Source of the DNA: Raillietiella orientalis
Taxonomy: Eukaryota
Assembly (NCBI GenBank): GCA_036172245.1
Contig: JAYWIR010000038.1
Location: forward strand, 1,612,001-1,676,000
Reading direction: 5' to 3'
Length of the DNA stretch: 64,000 nt
A program made the position numbers and the translations under genes. This document shows positions 1-12,876 of this stretch, one piece after another (position 1 is the first letter of the stretch; each line of letters begins with the position of its first letter). Under the pieces are notes generated by a model. The model was not told the origin of the DNA and did no database searches. It worked only from the letters and a program-made list of their open reading frames with translations.

Positions 1-429
1 TTGGCCAGTGCTGCACTTGGGAACCGAAGCGAGGATGAAGGTGGTCCTCGTACCGGAATGCTGGAGTTCCGAAACAGCCAACTGCAACGTCGGAAGAGGA
101 TTTCGGAATCTGAAGAAGTGCAGGCATCCGTGAGAAACTGCCAGACGAAGTGCACTGATCCCTGTCGTTTGAGAGAACCTGTGCATCAGGATGAGAAACC
201 CGCTTGCAGACGGCGTGTAAGCGACTTCAACGTTCGGCTTCATCCCGGCGAATGGCCCGCGCACATGGTTGGATCCCGAAACTTGTCTTTCGGCATCTTC
301 AGCCACCCGCGGCGAAACCGTTTCGGCCGCTGTCACGTGTACGGCGTTGCCGTACACAGTGGCATCAGGCAGAACAGCTTAAGTCCTCTGCTCTTCAGAG
401 TCGGCGCTGAGGTTTTGTTTATTACGACA

Positions 430-2665
430 TTCTTGTTGCATTTGTACCTTATATAAAAGTTAGTTTTGCAATATGTTTGTAAAGTTCATATTTCACAGAA
501 GTTTGAATTGTCTTTGAATACACAGCTGTTGGGGATGGAACATGAAAAGAGGGTCAGTGTATTAAAATAGCACTTAGAGGGACGTTAGCACCTGAATAGC
601 CTCTGCTATTGGAGATGCGGAAGGATGTCCAAAAGGATGTAATCTGCTGGTGGACCTATACTGTGATGGGGGAGGACTGCTGTTTGTATTTGGGATATAG
701 GACATAGCTCTCCATGTGTTTGGTACATATTCTCATGACAACAATTTCCTTCGAGTTTTTCTGCTGGATACGAAGAAGGGTTGGGCGTGGAGAGATGGTC
801 GATGTATATGTCCCGGGAGAATTTTATAATTTCTGTTCATAGATGCCTAGAGATCGCGGCAATTGTTCTTTGAGAGATTGCGAGCTATTTTAGGAGCTTA
901 TCGTTTTTGGGATCCCATGAGCCCATCTCAAATGCTTGGTTGATGGTGCGCAAGCCTTGATTCCTGAGGGCGGTCTCGATCTCCGCGTACTTCAGGATTT
1001 TCGTTTGCCTTGCATGCTGTAGCGATGATGTACGATTTTCGAAGGAGACCACAACGTCAGTGATAACAGCTGTGGGCAGATTCTGTAAAAATATGTCGGG
1101 GCGAAGAGTGGAGTTTAACACGTCTACTCGGCGATCCTTTTGGGCAACGGGCCATCGAGGGGAGAGGATCCTGAATAAGATGTCGACGACAACGCTATGT
1201 CGTTGGGTGATCATTGTCCCAAGATAAACTGGACAGCGCCACAGGACTTGAGCCTATGATTCTTCTACGTAATCACATCTCCGGCATTGCTCAATTTCAC
1301 TAGGCGCTTTCCGATTTCCGTTGAGAAAGGAGTGGTTCAAACGGGCACGGTGTACAAATCTCCAGTCTGCAAAGCGGAATGCATCACATGCTGGCAGGAA
1401 TGACATGGAGGCTCGTGGAGGGCTACACATTCTATTGTCCTACCTTGGTCTGGCTCGGCTAGAAGTGATAAGCGTTTTTGCTCTCTTAAGTGAGCACGCA
1501 TCGTTCGTGCCACTTGTCGCCACTGCGGAAAGGAGATTTTGGGGTTTTCATGTTCGAGGAAGGATAAAGAGAGCGTCGCATAATTGTCATCGAAATTCCA
1601 CGTTATGGGAAGGTGCTTCGTAGCTTCCCGGAATGTGGACCACATCGTGCGGGGATCACCACTTGGGCGGTCTAAGGGGGACGAACAGCATCCATTGAGG
1701 AACCGAGTGAACAGAACCACGTTTGGCGGCACATGAGCCTTCCTACGTACGGCGTCGAAAAGGGAGGAGAAGGAGAGATCAGTCACATGGGAATGCGGAC
1801 ACGTTAATAGTTTGAACGCAGAGTCAGCGATCCCTGCTGGTGCTTCTTCGACAAGAAGCATAAGTTCCCGAGGCATCCATCACTTCCGTATAGCTGTTCG
1901 TTTGATGATCCTTGGGTAAGCGGGAGAATGCTTTGCTTCTGCGTATTCCATATTATTTTATCATTTCCATATTATTTAATCTTGACCCATGACGGTAGTG
2001 GCTTCGTGCCAAGACGAAGGTCGTGTATTAATGATGGCAAGAAAAAGCGTTTGATGGCGTCCAGTTTCTGCTATGGGGCTAAGGAGGAGTCAGCAATGAT
2101 TTTGAAATGGGCAATGAAGGTATCCACGTTTCCGTCGTGCATGGAAGCCAATCGGTTTCCCTGGGTAATTATAAGTGTCTTGCAGGGAAAGAGGCGAAAT
2201 TATTGCACCGTTCACAGATATTGAGGAATTTCGCACTTGTGGCGGGGAAGCTACGTAATGATAGGAGCCGCATTTATTGGGGTTTATTTGCAAGTTTACA
2301 GCTCGGGTTGAATCTGCCAGTGTGGTGACAGCCAGTTGTAGTTCGTTTATCGAGCTAGCAATAAGTTCAACATCATCTGCATAAGCAAGCGGAATAATAG
2401 AACGGTGTTGGTGTTTCAGGATTCTGATAAAGGGTTCTAGAGCGATGTTAAATAACAGCCTATTTAGGGAGCAACCTTGGCTCACTCCGGAACGACTCGG
2501 TATTGGGATCGTAAGTCCGACCGAAGCCACCATCGTTGTCGTAGATTCCGAATACATCTCCGCAATGATTCCGTGGAACTGACTACCCGCCCCTAGCACG
2601 GTCAACGTGTCTAGGATGAGCTGATGGGGGATGGAGGTAAACGTGTCTTTAAAGTCTATCCATGC
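430..2665 (-). mobile_element. Decayed, 5'-truncated RLE-type non-LTR retrotransposon (NeSL/Utopia-like, R2 superfamily)
   Basis: RT motifs in ORF 2090..2776: AWIDFKDTFTSIPH, GVSQGCSL..LLFNIALEP, LAYADD, INPNKC. Restriction-like endonuclease in ORF 885..1214: RH..VV, LRPDIFL, DVVVSFENR, K.LKY, GSWDPKND. Frameshifts and stops lie between the pieces. AATAAA on the minus strand near 417-422. Confidence 0.85.
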
Positions 2666-3040
2666 AGTCTGTCCATGTGCAGGCTGACACTGGCCAACCT
2701 GCCCAGCCTCTCTCCGTGCACACCGTCCGTGGCAGCCTATGCAGACGACCTGCTTCTCCTGCTGCGCCATGTCCACCCTGGCGGCTAGGCTCGAGGATAC
2801 TGCTTCGAGCAGATCTGTCGGGGAGCGGGCATGAGACGGGGTGCACGGCCATACCTGTGAGTGCGTCCTGGTGTAGGAAGCAGGCCGAGTGGATGCGCCT
2901 GGGGAATCCTCATGGGCAGGGACCTTGGCCTTCCGTTGAGCGAATTCCGCGTCTCAGGAGCGTGGTCGGTCTGCCTTCGGAAGGCTTTTCTCCCGCTTGC
3001 GCCGGGGCGTTTATTTTAATAAAAGAAAAAGAAAGAAAGA
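2666..3040 (+). mobile_element. Short LINE RT remnant ending in an A-rich tail
   Basis: gtggcagcctatgcagacgacctgcttctcctgctg reads VAAYADDLLLLL (YADD at 2738-2749). A-rich tract from about 3019. Confidence 0.55.
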
Positions 3041-3049
3041 AATCCACAT

Positions 3050-3900
3050 TAAACAAGGAACGGCTTGAGATTCAGGAAAAAGAAGCAAGAAGAATTCCAG
3101 TTGGGAAGGTTCGCCGATTCGCAGGTCAGCTTAGAAAACTGTTCGGAGCATAGATGCAACAGTGTCCCCTGGCCCGACAAGCGATGGGGTGAATTTATTA
3201 AGACAAACTTTCAACAAACAAAGTAAAGTCTTTTCCGTTCTTTCAATGTCCTCAGCACGAATAACTGTTTCCACACTGTTCATTTCACTTCATTTTCACT
3301 TTCACACTGGTGCATCTTTTCATGTTTGGGTTCAGGATGAGTGAAGAATTGTTCCTTTTTCCTGGACGTAGCCATCAATCTTCCTCAGGATGTAGCGATG
3401 CATCCAGACGGGGACCCTTCCGCAGTTCCTGGTCTCCCTGCACGAGTCCTTTCAAGACTTCGAAGGCCGGTGCTCCTCTTCGAGATGTATGCATCTTTAT
3501 CCATCTTATCACAACTGCTGTGATGAAGAGGGCAAGTGTGATTGGAACCATCGGGTTGTACAGGGAAGCGTTTCCGCTCCCCTGAAACAAGCCTGCCAGA
3601 ACTTCCGTCTTCTTGCTTCTCTGCAGGCCGGTCACCGCCTTCACCGCCTGCCAATCAGGTCGGAGCTTGGGGCAGGTGAACACGTGGAGCTGCGTTTCTT
3701 CCTCTCCACACGCCTTGCAGAATCCGTCGTTGATGTTCCTGGTCCAGTGATGAAGTCTGGAAGCACTCAGGATCCCTCCGTGATAGAACAAGAGGAGGTC
3801 GTCCTGGGTGTCCGGGGAATGGTTACTCCTCCAGGGTGCAGCCCCGACCTCCTGCACGTTTGCTTGCACTAGATGGTGATGGATGCAAGATGGTGGCCAC
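3050..3900 (-). mobile_element. L1/Tx1-like ORF2 3' remnant (family B), zinc-binding C-terminal domain
   Basis: ORF 3375..3869 TQDDLLLFYHGGI..HHW...CKACGEEETQLHVFTCP (zf-RVT-like). Homologous to 37129-37700 (TQGDLLMFYHGGI; FQGNANVPLYNPM versus FQGSGNASLYNPM). Confidence 0.75.
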
Positions 3901-4409
3901 GATATCCCTGCTAGCTTCTATTTCCGGATGAGGCCTCCCTGAATGGCTCCCTCGTGGAGGAGGCAGCATTGTTAGTGGCTCCCCTCGCTGGTGCTACTGC
4001 AGCTCGAGCGAGTAGCGGCCCTTTTTGATGCTGTGGAAACAACACGGAGTCGCAATCACTGCGGTCGGGGAGGAGAGGGGGGGAGCCACTAGCAATGCTG
4101 CCTCCTCCACAGGCCGGTCTCCCAAGAGGAAGCGGCGCGGTAGCTTTCCCGGCGTATCTTGTGGGTGCAGAAGCGCAACAACCAGCGGCTCCCACAGCTG
4201 ACCGAGGTTGCCGCAGTTCTTACGCGAGCGCGGGAGCTATTCGATTGTCCTGCACCTGCTGCACTCGGGAGTGGCGCCCCCGCCTTCACGTGATGTATAT
4301 GCTCGCTGCAAAACAGACCCTAGTGCACGAGGAGCACCACGCCTTGTAACCAGCTGAAGGGGAGCATTTTCATCTGGTCACGCAGGGGCGTTTGTTTTAA
4401 AAAAATTAT

Positions 4410-6950
4410 GTAGAGAATAAGTCACATAAAATATTGTAAAATGCCTTCCTTCATGGTGGTTTCATACCACCACTACGGTGGCAAATGCCTCGGAGGCGCT
4501 GCTTCCCGTGAACAGCTCCCCGATGAGGGCCGCACATGAGGAGTGAGGGAAGAGGCAAACAAAAACGAAAAACATACACACAAAAGTTCAGTTTAAAAAT
4601 CTTGGGAGGAAAGAGATAGGATCACAGATTTCTTCCTGGAGTCCTCAGCATCCTCTGGAGAATATTGTCAACTTCCTCCTCCTTTTTTTTTTTTTTTTCC
4701 TCCTCCTTTTGTTGGCAGAGTTGTGGCCATCTTATCGCTTCCTCAAAAAGAAGCAAACAGTTGCGATGACCTCACCGTTCGACCGTCCCTTTTTGGCGCG
4801 GCCTATCGCCGCCGCAATCCCACAAAGGCATTACAGAGCTGCAAGGGAAGCTGCAGGGGACATCGAGTCGCGCGCGAAGAGGCACCTCAAGACCTTTCTG
4901 CCGTTGTGCGTCCGGAGTGGGAGCGTCGTATTGGGGCGTTAGCGGACGCTCAGGGGGGCAACGACTCAATCCAGCAACAGGTGCGAAAAGTTTCCCGTTC
5001 CCTGCACAGTCTGGGACCGCGCTTCTCCTCGTCCAGCGACGGAATCGTGTGCTTGCACGGGATCGCCCAGCTCAGCAACTACAATGCCGAGTCCTGCCAC
5101 TTCAAGGGAAGCGTGGAGCTGTCCACAAGCACTGGGATGATTTCTACCTCTTCAGGAGGAATGTCCAGAGTTTCAACCAGCGACAAATTCCTTTGGGAAG
5201 GGCGGCGGGGGTGCATGCATTAGTCAGTTAAATGCGCCGTCCAGCATACCAGCTGCTTCTTTTTTCCCGTGATCTTGCAGGATACCTCCCATCTTGCAAG
5301 ACCACCGCCATCCCCACTTTGTTGCATTGTGTTCAGGGTGGCTGCAAGTTCCACGCCCAGGTGGTTTCCTTGGGCAGTCCATGATTTCCTGTAACGAGCA
5401 GCGAGCGCAGTTCGAGAATCGCAGACATCGAGTTGGCTCCAGGAGCGTGCCGTGTCTTTTCGCCCATGTCTGAACCGTTTCCTGTTTCCAGGCAACTGCA
5501 GTTGGCGGAGCGGCAAGAAAATCCACCTGCTCTCCTGGAACAAGGCGATTATTTTTCCTAGTTGGTACCTCCATCGCAGCAACTCTCGGTGGCCATGTAT
5601 AAGGAACGTACCGAGTCCCTCGCCGCACGCTGCTCGCTTGGTCAGGAGTCCGGCAGAGATTTACCAATGGGTGGTCTAGAACCTCGCCTCTAGGGCTGTT
5701 CTTCTGAACAGGAGCTGACACGCCATCCTCTGCAGCATCAGTATGCCGAGTCCGGAGTCCCTACGAGGCGCACACAAGCCTTCAAGCGGACCCGGGACTC
5801 CTTCACTTCAAGCGGACTTTTCGCAGAAGGCTCTCGGTCCGCTTTTCCACATCTCCGGGTGGGAGAAGGGGAAAGCAAACAAAAAGCAAAGGTCTGAGGA
5901 GGAAAGTCACGAACGTGCTCCACAGGAAAACCCGTTCTGGCAAGAGAAACTTGTCATTCAGGAACGATCCCAGCGCCTATTTTTCGAGACAACCGGACCA
6001 AGAGCTGAGGGGAAGCACGGAACTGTTCGGGAACAGGATAGGGATGTACAGTTCTTCCGCTGGCACATTCAAAGTTTCAGCCTAGCGGCGGAATCCCTTC
6101 TCCCGGAAGCAGGCCAGCATTGTCGTGATACTCCTGCCTAAGAGTTTCCCACTCCATGGACGGTGCAGGAGAACCCCCACCTCGCCAGTAGACAGCTGCC
6201 ACTGCTTTCCTATAGGTAAGGTAGCTCTGCGCCCCAAGCGCGAGCCCACATGGTCAACTCCTCAACTATTCTTTGCAGGGATGTCCTGCCGAACCGCTAG
6301 AATGACAAGAGATCTTCTGGGCTGATGCTGTCAATCGTGTCTAGGTGTCCACGATTCCTACCGTCAAGCATGGAGCTTCAAAGGGCTGCAGGAGATCGTT
6401 CCTTGGTCTTCAGAATGAAAGCCAGGGAATTAAGGGGATACTCCGAGAGCTCCATCCATTTTAGCAGTTGCGAGGAAGCAAACACGCTGGTCCTTAGCAA
6501 CCCGCCGCTCTCCGGAGAATGTGGCGAACGGGGAGATACCACTGCTGGTTCCACGCCCTCTGCATCACGACGAGTCTTCGGAAGTAGAGTTGCGGATCCA
6601 TCCTCGGGATGTCGAGACCGACATTCTCTCCATGGGACTGCGACGTCTTTTAGGAGGATGCGGGAACGTGAGGCTTCCCAAAGGACCTTCCTCAACAATC
6701 CGTCTGCCCTTTGTCTCGCCTCCGCGGGAGGGGAACAAACAAAAACTTTGTGCACGGGCAATATTATAGCCGAGGGTTGCAATAGAGTCGTAATTATTGC
6801 TAGTTGAAAACAAACAAGAACAGAGGGTCGGAGGAAGGGGGCAACAAAAGAGTCCTCGACCGAGGGCCGCTCCGATGACACGTTCGTCTTTTTGGAACGG
6901 ACCTCCATCTGGAATACTTTTGTCGCCCCTCTTTCCCTCCCCTGTTTTTC
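4410..6950 (-). mobile_element. L1/Tx1-like ORF2 remnant (family A)
   Basis: Post-RT motif LRKVLWEASRSRILLKDVAVP (ORF 6378..6989). Decayed LDIPPEEVEIIPVLVDSSTLPLKWQ near 5000-5170 is homologous to the 10627..11361 and 17480..17761 ORFs. Confidence 0.65.
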
Positions 6951-8450
6951 GTTGGCCTGTCCCCTCATTCGGTGTAGCTCCGAGGGCAATGATACCTCAG
7001 GAAAGCCCCATGGGCGCTGTCAGATACCACATCCGCCTAGAAGACTTGGTGGCGCCGCACCAGGATTCCGGCTTGGGCATCCTAACCACCCACGAAGTCG
7101 AACTGCAAGTGTAGTCTCGTCTCTTGGCACTCCGTGCCAAACTGTAGAGCGGAGTGCCGTGACCTCTGTTTGGTGCGTTCCAGCAAGCGCCTTGTCCTGT
7201 TTCCAGGGAAGGACTCCTCTCGAATGCTCAAAGGACTTTTCTTGTTGATGCCGCTCAGCCATCATAGGATGAGCGAATATGGGTGCCCCCTGTAGCATCC
7301 GTCCATGAGGCTGGAATCCCACTCTTAGATCTTCTGCAGCCCAAGGAACTGGGATTTCTGGTTGCAGGAGGCATTGGAGTCCTGAGATGCCACTGTGGAA
7401 GTGAGCCCAGAGGAACTTCGTCCTCTGTGAAAACCCCTATGCAAACTGAGAAGTGCAAAGAGGATGCTAGAAGGTATCTACAGGACTAGACTCAGTGGTC
7501 CCGGATATTCGTCACACTCCTTGACGCAGCACTGCTTGTCCTCGAGGTAAAGGATGACAGCGGCCTACCGGCGGGGTGAGGGTTGTCTTGCAGCATCGCA
7601 GGAGTCGAGAAACTCCTCGATGGCTACAAGACGAGCGCGTTGATGGACGCCGTCACTCCTCGTTCACGCGCGGAGGGGCTCCTTTGGTGGAGCCACCTCC
7701 TTGGTGCGCCTCGAAGAACTCGTGGTCCCTCGCCTGCATGGAGACACTGCGGCACCACCTCTACGGTGGAAACGGGATGTTCTGCTGTTTCTGCACTGGA
7801 GATTCTGGTGCAACCAGCGCAGGCGCCTGGTTTCCCAGGGGAGGATTGCGTCCCTGACCTGTTTGAGGAGCGGGATGATGGAATCGCTTCCTCTCCTCCC
7901 AGTGTCCTGGGGGACTCGCTTCAGCGGTCGGCCAGCCGGAGGACACTGCAAAGGACTGCCGTGGTGCTTCTTCACGTAAGGTGGGCTCATCACAGGCGCC
8001 GATATGGTGCCGAGATGCTGCATCAACGCCATCGTTACAGCTTGCCATTTGTTCGAGTTTCGGACACGGCGAAGGGAGTTCACCTGCATGGCAGCGGTCT
8101 ATGTGGTAAAGGTTGTCAGATGGCCTCACCTAGAGGAAGGTGAGCGTAAAGAAATCACGGCCATCACTGGTGACTCCTGTTTCCTCACCCTCCCTTTATT
8201 TTTTTGTTTATTTATTTTTTTAATTTATTTTCTTCCTCCCATTCGTTCTAGACCTCTCTCGGCTTTTCAAGAAAGGCCGAGGCACCAAAGATCCTCGTCC
8301 CCACTTTCTTTCTTCATTTCTTCTCCCTTTCCTCCTGTTCCGGACTTTTAGAAACCTCGATCCGCGCGTCAGTGTGCCCTCCCAATGAACTTTTTTTCCT
8401 TCTGTTTGGTTTCGAGAACTCCCTTTCCCCCGACCCGTTTGTTTATTATT
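6950..8450 (+). mobile_element. L1/Tx1-like ORF2 3' remnant (family A-related), plus strand
   Basis: HIRLEDLVAPHQDSGLGIL (L..P...GGLG motif), LRHHLYGGNGMFCCFC (zf-like) and VVRWPHL (C-terminal motif shared with other copies). T-rich tract at about 8195-8230. Confidence 0.55.
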
Positions 8451-9732
8451 ATTTTATAAAATAAGCGTCTTGGCGTCACGGGTACCGGGTACCGGGTGAG
8501 AAACCAGAGGCTGTTCCTTTTAGGGAAGGGAATTTTTCCTGTGTCTTCGCACGTTTGGCGACTCGTTCGATGGAAAATTTCGTGGCTGGAATTTCCCAGC
8601 TCCAGTCGCTCACCGACTGAATTTCAGTGCGCCGACCGGCTTTGCACGGTTCCCAGCAGCTTCAGATGTCGCGAAAATTTTGTCACCCGTCGGTTTGGCC
8701 CTAGTTCCGCCAGTCAGCAGCGGATCGAAACGAACGCGCTGACCTGCCCGAAGCGCGCGGCTGAAGGCCCCAAGGAATGAAAGGGCGAAGCCAGCCCTTA
8801 AAAGCACTCGGCTCCTGTGGCAAGCAGGGGCAGGCAGGCGACGAGATCCGCAAACCGGGTGCCCAGAGCGGAATGCTTTCCCTTGAGAAAGAAGCCCAAG
8901 TTCTCCCGGAGTTTGCATCACCGCGACGAGAGGAAAATCTTTACCATTGGTGAGATAAAGGAAAAGCAATCAACAGGGAGGAGACTTTCGGCCAATTTCA
9001 CGTAGCAGCAGTTACCTCGTCGAAGAAACCATCAGCGATGCACGTGACTTCGAAAGTTCATTTCGGGACGATGGGAAAGCGTTGTTCGGAGCAAGCATGA
9101 GCAAAGAATCAGGAGTGGATGAAATACGTGGCGACGAGCAGTCTCTTTTGCAAGCGCACGAACGTACGTGTGTGCACGAGGAGACCTCCTATGTGTCGTT
9201 CCCCAGTTCTGGGCACTCCTCTCCCTCTCAAAGGTAGACTCTTCCTCGTACGGTTCTGGCTGCGTTCCTCTCTGTGGAATTCTTCGTCATTGAAATCGTT
9301 GTGAGAGATGCTGAATGCTGAACGACTCGTGTCATCGTCTCTTCACCGCTCTTCCTTCTTGTTTCCTTTTCAAAGAGTGGAGGTCCACCAGGCCAGAGTT
9401 TCCCAGACCGATTTGTCAGAGAACTTTGGGATCTCCCTCCTTTGAGGCAAAACTGCTGCCGTCGGGAGCTCCAGACCATAGAAAACTGCTCTGATGACAA
9501 ACGCGGATAGGCCATGGGCGTATGCGGCACTCGAAGCAGACCAACTTGGAGTGACGCTGAGCACCTTCCACGGCAACGCTCTTATCAATGCGTATCAACG
9601 AGACCACCTGCATTTCTTTCTTACATTCTCATTCTCTTCTTCTCTTGCGTGGCCCATTTTCACTCTCCATCACATACATACATTATTTAAAAGTATACTC
9701 ATGTAATTAGATATGTGTTGGCGAATTTGTAT

Positions 9733-9920
9733 GTATACTATTAATATAACGCGGGGAATATCTTCCGCGTTATATGCATCCTCTTTATACGATCCTATGG
9801 TCCATATTATGTATATAAATCCTCTTTACATATATATATATATAACAAGGCTCGGCTCGTATGACACAGATTCGTATAACGCGGGACGTATTCCACGCGT
9901 TATACCGGGACTTACTGTAT
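9733..9920. mobile_element. pogo/Tigger-type MITE remnant
   Basis: The right end reverse-complements to tacagtaagtcccggtataacgcg (TA+CAGTA terminus). Two internal hairpins built from TATAACGCG/CGCGTTATA lie at 9744-9775 and 9874-9905. The left TIR is decayed. Confidence 0.55.
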
Positions 9921-10261
9921 TTATAAAAGATATACAATGTATGTTAAACGCCACAACATGAGAGAGAAAAATATTCTGAAACGTGCAACTAATGAAAAAA
10001 TTCCATCTGTTTGAATCATGCGTTGGCATTTTCCTTTTTTTAAAAAAAAAAAAAAAAACTGCTAAAGCAGCTAAATTCAAATGTTTCCACAGTGCTGCAT
10101 TGAGGACCGTGGCGATTTTTTTCCTCCGCGTTGTATACGGGTGTCTACTATGTAGACGCATTTATGCAAATGTTACTTGCCCGTCATCATCAGCTTTGAG
10201 AAACCATCCATTTGCACTGCTGTAATGTTTGCAGAGTGTTAAACTCCATACTTTACGCTCG

Positions 10262-10468
10262 CTGCCCGCGTCGGCGGACGTCTGGCCGCGGCCTCCGCAC
10301 GTGACACCGAGCGTAGCGGGTTCGAATCCCTCCAGGGAGAGGATCCGCGCCTAGCAAATGGATGAGTCATGGGTTTGGAGTCCCCCCGCAGGATGACGCT
10401 GGCAGGCTTCGGGTGCGGTGGCACTGGTTGACACCCGGTCAGGCAAAAGCGTTTGTTTATAAAAAAAA
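10262..10468 (+). mobile_element. tRNA-headed SINE-like repeat, short copy
   Basis: B-box/T-arm gcgggTTCGAATccc at about 10316-10330 and an A-rich end. The head aligns with minus-strand copies at about 14280-14450 and 15340-15515. Confidence 0.55.
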
Positions 10469-10479
10469 TAGACGTCTGT

Positions 10480-11260
10480 GTCAGGACGTTTGATCCTGCC
10501 ACGTTACCCATAGCTACGAGAAGGAACCTGCCGAGATCTGGCAAGCAGACCAGAGGGGTTTGCCTCGGCAGCACAGGGGAAGGGGAATACAAGCAAAAAG
10601 AAAAAAAAATGAAACAAAAAATATGGTCAAAAGAAATGGAGGGCGGATTCGGAAAGAGAACACCAGATGCAGGAGGCTGTCCTCTGTATCCTTGTAAGAA
10701 TACCGGCAAGTTTCTGTTTTATGATTCCCAGATGGAACCATCTTGACGCTGTCCTCATGAAAAGGACGGCAAAGTAGATGACGTCCCTGTCGTTTGGACC
10801 AACTCTGGCGTTGCTCCATGCAGCCACGGTCCCGCCGCCTGGGCAACAAAGTGTTGCTAGGGAGGGATGCGGGCGGCGTGAGGGCGTCTCGCAGGAAGAA
10901 GCGCTTTCAAACGTCTGTGACGTTGCCGCCAGAGGTTCCAAGAGTCGCGGCAAAACGAACCCGAAGGGACGGAGGGCAACACAGTCCACTAAGAGGTGAG
11001 AGAGGGATTCCCGCTCCCCGCACCTTGCACAGTTTGGGTCCACATCACCCCGTGTCCAATGATGCCAGAAGACTTTGCGCGAGAGACCCCAGTGCAGCAG
11101 CATCAACGCCGGCCTCTGCCGCTTTAAGGGGAGGATGCAGATGTTCGTGAGCACCGGGAGCCACTGAATGTCTTCCTCCGGAATACTCAGTAGCACGCTC
11201 CAGCGCAAAAGTCCACGATGTCGAGCACTCGGGGTCCCAGAGTCGGTGAGCTGCGACCCG
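10480..11260 (-). mobile_element. L1/Tx1-like ORF2 3' end (family A)
   Basis: ORF 10627..11361: LSIPEEDIQWLP..PLKRQ..WHHWTRGDVDPNCARCGERESLSHLLVDC..FAVLFMRTASRWFHL..KLAGIL. 3' stem-loop ctgccgag/ctcggcag at about 10528-10570. Confidence 0.75.
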
Positions 11261-11329
11261 TCGTCCACTCGCCCAGTCCTTTCCTTCTTCCGGAGATTTC
11301 CACAGGGTGCACACTGGTGAAAGCCGGAA

Positions 11330-11740
11330 TCCGGATGTTTCCCGTTGACTCCAGGAACCAAGGACCACTTTAGGGTTCCCCTCCCCCCGGCTGTAGAAAT
11401 GAAACCGTCCCTCTCCTCAGGATGGGCGACCTTCCATCGCTGGTACTATGGACTAGGTTGATGTTTCCCCTCGGGGATTGTCTCTCCAGAGTGTTAAGAA
11501 GAGGGCTGATCCCCTTGGGGTTTTCTCTTCAGAGAAGTAAAACCGGGAGCAGTTGCAGTTTCCCCTCTGGAAAGAATAATGGAGATTGATTCCCTTAGGG
11601 GCTCTATTCGGAGCAAGGGTTCCCTCCCAAGAGTAAGAGGGACGGGCTCCTTCCTCCGGAGACTTCCTGGATTCATAAAGTGGTCCCTACGGAGACTTGA
11701 AGAGTCACACACGACCCTCGGGTGGCAGGGACAGAGTGAG
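11330..11740 (+). repeat. Headless body copy of the 13730-14460 / 14690-15515 repeat, in the opposite orientation
   Basis: The reverse complement contains atgaatccaggaa..ctcc.gaggaaggag, ttattct.tccagagggg and tctgaagagaa.ccc blocks shared with both copies. Confidence 0.65.
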
Positions 11741-12711
11741 CTTTCCCCCTCCCTTCTTCCTTCAGAGAAGGCAAACGGTTCTTCAGCACTCGGCTGAACT
11801 CCTTCTTAAATCATTTCCAGAAATTTCGTCATAAGTCGTTTCGAGAAATACCTGCGATCCTTCCTAAGCAAGCTGACCACTTCAGTCTCGTGACTGTCCA
11901 CTAATCAGGATCACGCCCGACTGCCAATGAGGCAGCTCGGTGAGGCAGGCAGCTCGAGACACGTGCAAGACAGAAATCTCCGCTCTGTGCAGGATCTCCG
12001 CTCCTCGAGTCGCAGGAAAACGGAGACGAACGAGGAGGAGCAGAGCACATAAACCAGCGGCAAGGAGGGAAAGTCTGGTGCGTTCTGCCGGGGGCGGCTC
12101 GTGAGTCGGCTTCAGAGCTCGCACCTCACGCGAGGGAACGCCGCCAACTCGTGAGTAGCTCTGTCGGAATCGGGTTTCGGACGTGGCAGCCCTGCTCGTT
12201 TCATGGTTCTCCCTCCTGTCGGCAGGTCACTCGGAAGCAAAGAGCCTGGCTCGCACCGACCGTGGGAGGCGTGAGAGTGAAACACAAGTGTTCCTCTCCT
12301 TGCCGACACAGGGAGGGGGAATGTCACACGTGCATCCATTGCGTTCGCGCTGGTAGATACCGCTCTTACACCAGGAGGCATCCCACGGCTGACGGTTCGT
12401 CTGGGAATGCAGGGTGAGCGACTGTGGATATTCGAGTAGTTGAGGGTCGAGCAGCTGGGAGGAGATCTGGCTGGTCTCATCGACTTGGCGGGGTCTCGTC
12501 AATCAGAGATTCTACCGCTTGCTCGGCAGCCTCGTGGCGGGGGAGAGGGGAAGAGAACTAGGAACGGGGGGGGAGAGATTCCGGAGAGATCACTGCCACC
12601 CGGGACAGCGCCGTCAACTGCTGGAAGGGAGTTTCCCTTCGGCGATTGGATCCTGCCTCAATGACCTCGTCCTGGCTCAGACCATTCGATGGGATGTGGC
12701 CAGATGCGGCG

Positions 12712-12876
12712 TTTTTGTCGGGACGCTGGGCTTTGCAACTCTTTCGATCCGAGAGGTCATATCCCATGCTGCAAGAGTGGTGACCTCCTCGTTACAACTA
12801 ATGGTCGCCACTCCTGCAGCATGGGGGATGACCTACAAGATCGAAAGGGTTGCAAAGCCCAGCATCCCTACGGAAA
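12712..12876. repeat. Long imperfect inverted repeat (hairpin)
   Basis: 12720-12785 pairs with 12803-12868 (about 66-bp stem, 17-nt loop) and extends with G-U pairs to 12712/12876. Confidence 0.9.

Noticed and set aside
10264..10337. Functional tRNA gene
   Set aside because: Only the T-arm/B-box is good. The acceptor and anticodon stems do not pair, and the sequence is part of a repeat family.
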